DNA from: Epithemia pelagica
Taxonomy: Eukaryota; Protista; Bacillariophyta
Assembly: GCA_946965045.2 (NCBI GenBank)
Contig: OX337236.1
Coordinates: 434,001 to 498,000, forward strand
DNA length: 64,000 nucleotides
Direction: 5' to 3'
Made by a program: the position numbers and the translations under genes. Position 1 is the first letter of the stretch; each line of letters begins with the position of its first letter. Positions 1 through 8,225 of the stretch are shown here, piece after piece. The notes under the pieces are model-generated. The model searched no databases, was not told where the DNA came from, and worked only from the letters and a program-made list of their open reading frames with translations.

Positions 1-26
1 GGCCAAAGAAGAATCTCACTAGACTG

Positions 27-1892
27 GTGTCTTTGGCGTCGTTCTTGGTAGCACTGACTTGGGTCCATCCAATCCAAGCATTTCAGGCGCAGTTCTCGTC
101 GAGTGTCACTCGACCATGGTCTTCCCATCCGCCAGCAACAAGAGGGAATCTCCACCACTTGGTTCCACCACGCCAGCATCATGATGTTTCTCACAAGCGA
201 CGACGACGACAACGGCAGCAAACCATTGTGTTGTCTCAGGAAAATGGTGGAACGACCAATCTGGTGCATGAATCAATTGACGCAGAGGTTGTGGCAGTGG
301 AGGAGCCTGTGACTACAGAAAACTCGATCGAGTCGACGGCAGAATCCTACCAAGCCGAAATGGAGTTGCAATTGCCGGATCAAAATACAAGTGCAGTCTC
401 AGCGATCCACAACTCGCAAACTGGATCCTTTTCTTGGCGACAACGACTACGACGAGCCATGCCGGGCTATGTGGACGACAAGCCGAGCCGCCACAAACAA
501 GCCAACGGCAACAAGGAGAATGAGGACGACGACGACAATAACGTTCTACATGGATTGGATCGTTTAATTTTGGGATTGGCCATTCCCTCCATGATCAATT
601 TGGCTGTGGTGCCCTTTGTGAATAGTGTCGATACCTTTTGGGTGGGTCGCATGGGCATTGCCTTGGCGCTGGCTGGTCAAGCCGCGGCCAATCAAGCCTT
701 TTTCACCCTTTACTTTTTGGTAGCCTTTTTGCCCACCATTACCGCACCCTTGGTGGCCGCGGCCGTGGGATCCGGCCAGGAAGAAGAAGCACAAGCCCGT
801 GTTTCGGAATCGCTCTTTTTGTGCAATGTGCTCGGTGCCCTGGGAACCATTTTGCTGGTCGGATTTCCGGAAACCAGTTTGGGATTGGTCTTGCCGGCCG
901 GAGCTCCCGCCATGGAATATGCCAAACCATACTTGAGATTTCGAGGTTTGGGTGTCATTCCGGCCTTGCTGTCGGCCACGGGCTTTGCCGCCTATCGCGG
1001 ACTTTTGGATACCGTGACACCGCTCAAGGTGAGTTTGGCCACCAACTTGTTGAATTTGGTATTGGATCCCTTGTTGATTTTTGTGTCTCCCCTCGGCTTT
1101 GTGGGAGCGGCCGTGGCCACCATCTTGTCGGAAGCGGCCTCGGGCGTTACCTATTTAAAACTCTTGTTGCGCCGCAAACTTTCCACCTGGCGTCTCCTCG
1201 TTACGCCGCCCCCCTGGAAGTCGATTCTTCCCATTTTGCAAGGGGGCTTGTCCATTTTGGGTCGTCAAGCGGCCCTCAACATTGGCATTTTGTTGGCTGC
1301 TCGACGAGCGCAAAGCATGGATCCGACAGGAGTCGCGGCCGCCGCCTATGGCATTGTCATGCAATTCCATTCCTTGGGCATTGTCTTGCATGTGGCAGTC
1401 CAATCCACTGCGGCTACCTTGGTCCCAGCTGCCTTGGCCAAATCGGGAGAGACTCATGCCCGTCAAGTCGGCGATCGAATCTTTGCCTGGGGGTCCATTG
1501 TAGGCTTGGTCCTGGGGGTCGTCCAAATGGCAGCGCTGCCCTTGGTGGTACCCCTCTTTTCCACCCTACCCCAAGTCCAAGCCGCCGTTCAAGGTCCGGC
1601 GGCCTTGTCGGCCTTGTTGCATGTCTTGAATGGACCCGTCTTTGCCGGGGAAGGTGTCATGCTGGGATTGGGATCCTTTCGCGATTTAATGCTGATTACA
1701 GCCGGTGGCATTGCCTCCATGATTGCCGCCCTGTGGGCCTTGGGACAACAACGATTGAATGGCATCTTGTGGTCCTTTGTCGTCTTTTCCACCCTGCAAG
1801 CGGTCGCCGTCGTGACACATTATCTCAAGATTGGACCCTTGGCGATCCGGAACAAGGACAACAAGAAGAAAATGCCTCTTCTACTTGGCTGA
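27..1892 (+). CDS. MATE (DinF/EDS5-like) efflux transporter, probably plastid-targeted; 5' end probably upstream of the window
   Basis: About 12 hydrophobic helices with MATE motifs (LAIPSMINLAVVPFVNSVDTFWVGRMG; AAYRGLLDTVTPLKVSLATNLLNLVLDPLLIF; GFVGAAVAT). N-terminus LVALTWVHPIQA-F resembles a signal peptide followed by Phe. The frame is open to the window edge and position 27 is GTG. Confidence 0.88.
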   Translation: MSLASFLVALTWVHPIQAFQAQFSSSVTRPWSSHPPATRGNLHHLVPPRQHHDVSHKRRRRQRQQTIVLSQENGGTTNLVHESIDAEVVAVEEPVTTENSIESTAESYQAEMELQLPDQNTSAVSAIHNSQTGSFSWRQRLRRAMPGYVDDKPSRHKQANGNKENEDDDDNNVLHGLDRLILGLAIPSMINLAVVPFVNSVDTFWVGRMGIALALAGQAAANQAFFTLYFLVAFLPTITAPLVAAAVGSGQEEEAQARVSESLFLCNVLGALGTILLVGFPETSLGLVLPAGAPAMEYAKPYLRFRGLGVIPALLSATGFAAYRGLLDTVTPLKVSLATNLLNLVLDPLLIFVSPLGFVGAAVATILSEAASGVTYLKLLLRRKLSTWRLLVTPPPWKSILPILQGGLSILGRQAALNIGILLAARRAQSMDPTGVAAAAYGIVMQFHSLGIVLHVAVQSTAATLVPAALAKSGETHARQVGDRIFAWGSIVGLVLGVVQMAALPLVVPLFSTLPQVQAAVQGPAALSALLHVLNGPVFAGEGVMLGLGSFRDLMLITAGGIASMIAALWALGQQRLNGILWSFVVFSTLQAVAVVTHYLKIGPLAIRNKDNKKKMPLLLG

Positions 1893-2362
1893 GTGGGAGT
1901 AGTAGCCGTTTCATGAAGCTATCGAGAATGGTGCCATGTCATCTGACCAACAAGAGAATGCTACTTTATGACAAAGTATCCATTCTCCTACACCAGATCC
2001 CACAATAGGGAAAACTTGTGTTATCGATCGGGACGGCAAAGCGTCGAGCTTGGTGGGCATGACTGACTATGAGAAGAATCATATCCCGCGCAAGTTCGAT
2101 GCCATGTTCGGAGATTGTCGCACAGCCTTACTTTTCCGGACAAAACTACCCTGAAGGAGCAAAGCTTTGCTAGATTCTTCATGTTCAAGGTCGACAATGC
2201 TCACAATCGTCACCGAACGTGTCTTTGTCACAGCATTGGATAGAGACGAGTTAACTTGGTTACTAAAGACCAGTAACACTAGCTACTATTCACATTTTCT
2301 AGAGCCCTCCCCCTTCTTGGCTGGAAATGTGATATAGTTCACGACGTGTACAGTGACACTAG

Positions 2363-5263
2363 TCAGTGCTCCAATTTGCACAAACGATGATCGAATTGTT
2401 CCATCTTGGCTTGAATTCGTTCAAAGGAAGTGCTGATACAATGTTCGAATTGTTTCATCTGAACTTGAAGAATTCGTTCATCGCCATTGTGTTTGCCTTT
2501 CAGTTCGTCCACGAGGGACAACATGGACTCTTCCAATCGTGTCATTCGTTCAACCAGTGACGTGGCATCACAGCCTCGCGTCGTTTCCCGTTCTTTCCCG
2601 AGCGAGGGACGTGACTCTTCCGATTGAGTAATTCCTTGGACTACCAACGTGGATTGACTCAAACGAGATGAAGAAGTCATCGCAGGCATCGCCTCGGAGA
2701 TTTTCGGAGCCATCTTCCTCCTCTTCGTGTAAGAGGTATGCACACGGTCATTCTTGCCATGGCTCGAAACACTCTGCTCAACAGATTCCGTCGCCGATTG
2801 TATCATTTTGGCCGTAGCCGCCAACGCCAATAAGCTGACTGCCTCGAAAGTCTCAGGAATATCGTTTGCTTCCATGGGTTTCACGTGACGAATCCATTTC
2901 GTCACAGCATTGGCTAAATGGCCAATCACACTCACCAATACACTCATTCCAGCCTTGTCTTGCTCTCTCGTTGCCTCATGCTCGCTTTTCAGGGATGACT
3001 TTGCTCCTTTCACAATGGCAATACCTTGCTGAAACGCATTTTGCAATTTCTCATTGCCACTTTCATACACAACCGAACAAATGTGATTCATGTCTCCATA
3101 GTCTACAATCTCATCCAGAAGAGGAGTCGCAAGAGTTTCTGACAAAACATGTTGATGTATTCTTTGTCCAAAGGACAAGGCATTCAGAATCGAGCAAATT
3201 GCCCCAGTCGACGCTTCATTCACATCACCGGCATCCAGTGCCGAATAAACCTCCTTCAGGGATCTTCCCAGAGCTTGGGCCTCAGCAAGAACAACACGAT
3301 GGCCAATGCTTTCACTCGCGGCATTGGTAGTCGCCGACGATTGAGTTGATGTATGGGGAACAATTTTCCCCACTCGGAGTTCAGTCATGGCCAGCTTGTT
3401 TGGCAATGAAGACATTGGATCTGTAATTGCTGCCACAGAATCCGTTTCATGGTTGTCAAAGCCAGAAACAAAGACACCATCTTGCCGACATTTGTCGACA
3501 ATCCTCTCTTTCATTGTCACGGCTTGCTGGCTAGTCTTAGCCACGGTCTTGGATGACTCTTGTAGTGCTTTCATCGTGTATCGTTGCCGCTCATCCTTCG
3601 ATATGCGTTTGGAACGATACAGGTGATTCAAAAATATATAAAACACTTTCATTTGATAAACGTCAGAGACCAGAAGTGCCAAGTCGTGGACCTTAAAGAC
3701 AGTATCGTCACAATCAACGTCCACAAGTTTCCTGTAGAAACCATCCTCTGCAACACAAGAATCCATGTGCCTCGTCGATCTGACCCGGTGACCAGGAAGC
3801 TTCCTGTCAATGTGAGTCAACTGGTGTGTCACTTGAATTTGTGATTCCAGCTCCTTCAGTTTCTCAACAAGTGGGATTTTGTCTTTTATAACATTCATCC
3901 GGTCCAGCTGACTAGTGATCATGTTGATTTCGTCTTGTAAAGGTTGGACCGAGATATATTTCTCGTCGGTACAGAGTGATTCAAAAATTGAATGCACCTC
4001 CTGTGCCTTGGCACCTTCTTGCAATACTGTTATATCGGTACGTTCAATCTGGGCACGATCAATGACATTCTGTAGATTTTTCAATTCTGCATCCAGTTCT
4101 TCCCGACACGAATACAGTTTCTGCAAATTAAACAACCAGCGTATGATGTCAGAAAGTGCCACACTTTCTAGAGTAAAATATGAAACAAATCGTACCTTAA
4201 GTTGCTCTTTCTTGCTGAGGGTTAAAGGCAAAGTCTCGCATGAATCCAACTTCCATCCACCAATCACACCAATGCCATTATTGAAGGCCACCATGCTATA
4301 GTTAGTGCGGTCAGTGGTCAATGGCGGAAGGTTCCAAACCATGTTGCGTTCAGTATCAAAAAGCTCCGGCTTGGCTTCTTTTCCTCCCCAAACAATGATA
4401 CACGATCCAATCGCCACAGCCTCGTAATGACGCCTTGCGGTAGATAGGGTCTGGCCGGTACATGTCGTCCAAGTAGCTGATGCGGGAAACACTGCACAAG
4501 CAGTCTCCTTGGTTTCATCATTAGATCTTTCCTCAAACTGCAATGACTCCACCGATGCCAGCTCATAATTTCGATTGTGTCCTCCAACAACAAAGATGCG
4601 GTGGTCAATGACAACACTCGCACACCATCCTCGAGGAACTGTCATGGATGGACCAGAAATCATGGTGTGGTTGCTTTGTTGCTCAGCGGTATCAATGATA
4701 TCAACCGACGACAAATACGGGCTTTCGTGATTGAATCCACCAATAACAACAATGTAACGATTGTAGACGGCAACAGCGCAGCATCCCCATCTTCCCGTAG
4801 ACAATCGACAATTCAACGTCGTCCATTGGTTCGTGCTAGTGCTTGCCGATCGCACTTCCATCAAATCGTCAACATCAGTGCGTTCTATACAATTTAAAAC
4901 GTTGTAATCTTGCCCATGTCCTCCCATGACATAAACTCCGCCGTTGCACACGACAGCTGCATGCCCACGCCTGCCTTCTTTTAACGGTGGTCCTTCCCGC
5001 CATTGTGGATCCTCGTCGCTCAAATTTAACATCAGAATAGAATTGGTGGCAGAAGCACGAGTTGTACGACCTCCCAGGACTACGACGGTCTGTGCACAAT
5101 CGTTTTCGGGATGGTCCAGCACAACCGAGGCATGGCCATCACGCCATCCATCCAAAAGTGGAGGCCAGTCATTGACATTCCATTTTGGGGCATGACTGTT
5201 GTCGTCGTCACTGTCGGCCAAAGCAAGCCCTGATTGATGTGCCAATTCTTGCAGTGTCGCCAT
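2363..5263 (-). CDS. Kelch-repeat/coiled-coil protein, paralog 1 (likely intron 4121-4195)
   Basis: Kelch blades (VVCNGGVYVMGG, YIVVIGG, RIFVVGG, IGVIGG). The ATG of MATLQELAHQSG at 5263 aligns with the starts of the other paralogs. AAG|GTACG...TTGCAG forms a 75-nt intron-like segment. Confidence 0.85.
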   Translation of the reverse strand: MATLQELAHQSGLALADSDDDNSHAPKWNVNDWPPLLDGWRDGHASVVLDHPENDCAQTVVVLGGRTTRASATNSILMLNLSDEDPQWREGPPLKEGRRGHAAVVCNGGVYVMGGHGQDYNVLNCIERTDVDDLMEVRSASTSTNQWTTLNCRLSTGRWGCCAVAVYNRYIVVIGGFNHESPYLSSVDIIDTAEQQSNHTMISGPSMTVPRGWCASVVIDHRIFVVGGHNRNYELASVESLQFEERSNDETKETACAVFPASATWTTCTGQTLSTARRHYEAVAIGSCIIVWGGKEAKPELFDTERNMVWNLPPLTTDRTNYSMVAFNNGIGVIGGWKLDSCETLPLTLSKKEQLKVRFVSYFTLESVALSDIIRWLFNLQKLYSCREELDAELKNLQNVIDRAQIERTDITVLQEGAKAQEVHSIFESLCTDEKYISVQPLQDEINMITSQLDRMNVIKDKIPLVEKLKELESQIQVTHQLTHIDRKLPGHRVRSTRHMDSCVAEDGFYRKLVDVDCDDTVFKVHDLALLVSDVYQMKVFYIFLNHLYRSKRISKDERQRYTMKALQESSKTVAKTSQQAVTMKERIVDKCRQDGVFVSGFDNHETDSVAAITDPMSSLPNKLAMTELRVGKIVPHTSTQSSATTNAASESIGHRVVLAEAQALGRSLKEVYSALDAGDVNEASTGAICSILNALSFGQRIHQHVLSETLATPLLDEIVDYGDMNHICSVVYESGNEKLQNAFQQGIAIVKGAKSSLKSEHEATREQDKAGMSVLVSVIGHLANAVTKWIRHVKPMEANDIPETFEAVSLLALAATAKMIQSATESVEQSVSSHGKNDRVHTSYTKRRKMAPKISEAMPAMTSSSRLSQSTLVVQGITQSEESRPSLGKERETTRGCDATSLVERMTRLEESMLSLVDELKGKHNGDERILQVQMKQFEHCISTSFERIQAKMEQFDHRLCKLEH

Positions 5264-5778
5264 GGTACAAAAGTGTGTGTGGGTGTTTTGGTCTATGGCC
5301 CGTTGGTTCCCCTCAAAATCCGAAATGAAGTGTTCTTCCGCACGACTCACGGCAGACGGATGGACCGCTCCGGGAACGACCACCGACCAAGGAATGGGTC
5401 GTGTCGTCTCTGTATCGAAGCCATGTGCTTATCTCCATCCAGACATTTGAGAAGTATGGATTCTCTAGATTCTCGTCGAACGTCGTTGCCGTAGGTGCCT
5501 CTCCGGTATTTCATCGTTATTAGATGGCCTCGCTGTCGTTTTTCTCGCGTACAATGGCATCATCTGCTCGTTCCCGTTCCATCTTGAGGCCAATTCAGAT
5601 TCCTGTCAAAAGAACTTTATCCAGCTATAGGAGCTCTTTTTCATCACTGGCTTTCACAACACCAGGCTCTCGTTCCGCATTCCTCGTAAGGGAACGAAGA
5701 TGGTGTCCAAGAAGGTCCAAGGAGGTCCAAAAGTGCGTCCATTTTCTCGAGAGAGGATGGCGCATACAAAATCCATGT

Positions 5779-5811
5779 TTTGGCGCGGATGCGCGGGCAC
5801 GCGCCGGGCGG
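5779..5811 (-). promoter_or_regulatory. GC-rich motif conserved upstream of all four Kelch paralogs (copy 1, diverged)
   Basis: Reverse complement reads ccgcccggcgcgtgcccgcgcatccgcgccaa, similar to ccccggcgc(a/t)gcgccggcgcatcctcgccaa upstream of paralogs 2-4. Confidence 0.5.
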
Positions 5812-5922
5812 AATGAGCGTCGTTACAATACAAAAAACACGAACACGGCGCGCTAAAGAGTGAGTTTTCGCCGCGTCGGCCGTGGACCCAAGAGCCAAGC
5901 AGCAAGGATCCTCATCATTATC

Positions 5923-7797
5923 ATGGCAGTGATAAGGTTCGTCGTGGTCGACAGCGACGGCAGTGAACTCAAAAAGAAGGTTGGAAATGAAGAGGGTTAC
6001 GAGAAAGTGCTTGCGTATTTTGGGGTGAAATGGTTGATCGACAGCAGTGACGGATATGACGTTGAAGACTTTGCCGCACTCGAGGATGGTGGCAGATACA
6101 CGCTTGGGCCTCCGAAGAAAGCCCCATCTGGTCCCCCGCCTGCTACTCCTCCACAGGCAAAGAAGAGACGCAGTGTGCCTCCTTCCGATGGAATGTCCAA
6201 ACCCAAGCTAGCACAACCCACATACCGACCTTCCAGCGAAGAAGGAAAAGAGGAAGGCCTTAACCATGCTTCGAACGACAATGTCACATTTATGCAATGT
6301 ACAAGTCACCCAGCTTGCGTTTCACTTCTTAAGGAATTCGAGGATGCTCTAACAGCTCAAAAAGAATTAAAGCTGGAAAAGGAAAGCCGGGCCGCAAAGC
6401 ATGTGCTGCAGGCTCGAAATCGAGTGGAGTCCGAAGAAGAAGACAAGATACAATCCGCAGACTTTCGCATTGGCAAAAACGAGAGGTTCTTTACCGGGGC
6501 CATGGCAAGTGCCATGAATTCTCTTCTGGAGGATGGATACGTTGTTCAGCACCAGGCATGTATTGGAACAGGGGCTACCCACTCTGACTTATCGGCAACA
6601 CGAATTCATGTAGGAGACACAGAGTGGCCAAACACGCTCATGGTCGGCGAGGGAAAGTGGAATGCTGCAAAGCTCCGAGACGAAACGAGAGGTCAGATAT
6701 TTAACAAACTACTTCGTCATCGAGCAATTGACCGACCGGCCGAGTATGGGCCGATCCTGCTACTTGCGTTCGATAACAGAAAGATTGAGGTGGATATTGC
6801 ATTTCCATCCACAAAAGGCGGGAAACTGGCTCACGACGGGCTTGTCGAATTTCGTGGGTGCTTTGATGACAAGAGGGAAACCTTTTGGACGGTCCGCCTG
6901 CTTTCTATTAGCATCGATGGTGACCTTTTAGACGATAATTTGCCGCCGCTGTTCCGCTTCCTATCAAAAGCGTTGGCAATATTGCACAAGTGGCCCCAGC
7001 AGAGCCGAGTCCAGTTCAAGATGCCAATGCCACTTACCGTCGACGACGCGGCGGACATATCCAACGCAACAACTTATGGTGAGAATGTCACGGTTATTGA
7101 ACGAAGAAGCTCAGGTTCAAGGCGTGTTTACAAAGAGTACTGCTACCACCTCCGTAAGTGGATTGAACCAAAAGATCGGAGGCGCCCTCCGCCGAAAGAG
7201 CTCCTCGAAGCACTTGGGACACCCTACAAGGATTGGGAGATACATAAAGGGCCCTTTGGTATTTCTGTCCTTTGCTATGACTTTATTTCAGGCACCTCAA
7301 ATAAACCATCTGTCAAAGGGTGGTTGAAAGTACTGGATCAGATACAGAGCATTCATTCGTTTGGTTTTGTGCACGGAGACTTGCTCCCGCGCAACATTAT
7401 ATTTGGAGATGATGATGATGGGTATGTGATTGACTTTGATCTGTCGAGGGAAGAAGGCCAGCTTTATGTCAAGGGTTTCAACCACGACGATTTCAAAACC
7501 TTTCGCCACCCTAACGCACGAGAACGCACGCCAATGAAAAAAGAACATGACCTCCATTCGTTGCGGCAACTAAGCAAGATGTTCTTTGATTTGACGACGC
7601 ATGACATTGACGACATGTCGATTGAGAAGCTATTGAATTTCTTTCAAGACAATCCTAATGTTGCCGAGTCTCCAAACTTGGAAGAGGATCTGCTGGAAGC
7701 TACAGGCAGTCGTCCTCAACACGTCCGTAGCCTCTCGGCTGGAAATCCCGCAACCCTGTCTTCAAACGACGTTGCTTCTGCTGAAATTGATCAATGA
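5923..7797 (+). CDS. Crinkler-like protein: N-terminal header + PD-(D/E)xK REase-fold + C-terminal protein kinase domain
   Basis: ATG of MAVIRFVVVDSDG at 5923. Header ends LEDGGRYTLGPP. REase-like signature SDL...LMVGEGK...ETRGQ. Kinase motifs VYKEY, FVHGDLLPRNII, VIDFD. Confidence 0.7.
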   Translation: MAVIRFVVVDSDGSELKKKVGNEEGYEKVLAYFGVKWLIDSSDGYDVEDFAALEDGGRYTLGPPKKAPSGPPPATPPQAKKRRSVPPSDGMSKPKLAQPTYRPSSEEGKEEGLNHASNDNVTFMQCTSHPACVSLLKEFEDALTAQKELKLEKESRAAKHVLQARNRVESEEEDKIQSADFRIGKNERFFTGAMASAMNSLLEDGYVVQHQACIGTGATHSDLSATRIHVGDTEWPNTLMVGEGKWNAAKLRDETRGQIFNKLLRHRAIDRPAEYGPILLLAFDNRKIEVDIAFPSTKGGKLAHDGLVEFRGCFDDKRETFWTVRLLSISIDGDLLDDNLPPLFRFLSKALAILHKWPQQSRVQFKMPMPLTVDDAADISNATTYGENVTVIERRSSGSRRVYKEYCYHLRKWIEPKDRRRPPPKELLEALGTPYKDWEIHKGPFGISVLCYDFISGTSNKPSVKGWLKVLDQIQSIHSFGFVHGDLLPRNIIFGDDDDGYVIDFDLSREEGQLYVKGFNHDDFKTFRHPNARERTPMKKEHDLHSLRQLSKMFFDLTTHDIDDMSIEKLLNFFQDNPNVAESPNLEEDLLEATGSRPQHVRSLSAGNPATLSSNDVASAEIDQ

Positions 7798-8002
7798 GTT
7801 GTTCCTGTTGTTCTTCACTCTCATAAGTTGTGTACAAATTCATGTCAATGTGCTCTTGACCATCCCAAGTGACACAATGCATATTTCAGTCACTTGTGAT
7901 TCTTGGTTTACACCCTCTCTATGGGTCATCCTCCGTCGTCATCTCCTTGGCCATTGCTGTGAGACTTTTTATGGAAACACAAATATCAAATATAGAATAT
8001 AA

Positions 8003-8179
8003 TGTCTTATTCTACTTGATAGAAACCGTTCCAAAGAAAGACTAAGATAAGCGTTACAACCACATCCATCGCATAAAACCAGTAAAGTGGCCCCCGGCCA
8101 TAAGGCCCAATCTACGTCGCCATAAGGCCCAACCTACGTCATGCTGACGTATCAATCCCGTATCGACCAGAATGAGACA
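8003..8179 (-). repeat. 3' LTR of element A
   Basis: tgtcttattc...aatgagaca; direct repeat of 22832-23008. Adjacent purine tract on the minus strand (ggcggggac, 8180-8188) is the likely PPT. Confidence 0.95.
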
Positions 8180-8225
8180 GTCCCCGCCAGTGGATCAACC
8201 AATGAGAGTTGAGTTACTGGCCCCA

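Noticed and set aside
638-2008. 456-aa alternative-frame ORF overlapping the MATE gene
   Set aside because: Shadow ORF of a GC-rich coding region, with no recognisable motifs.
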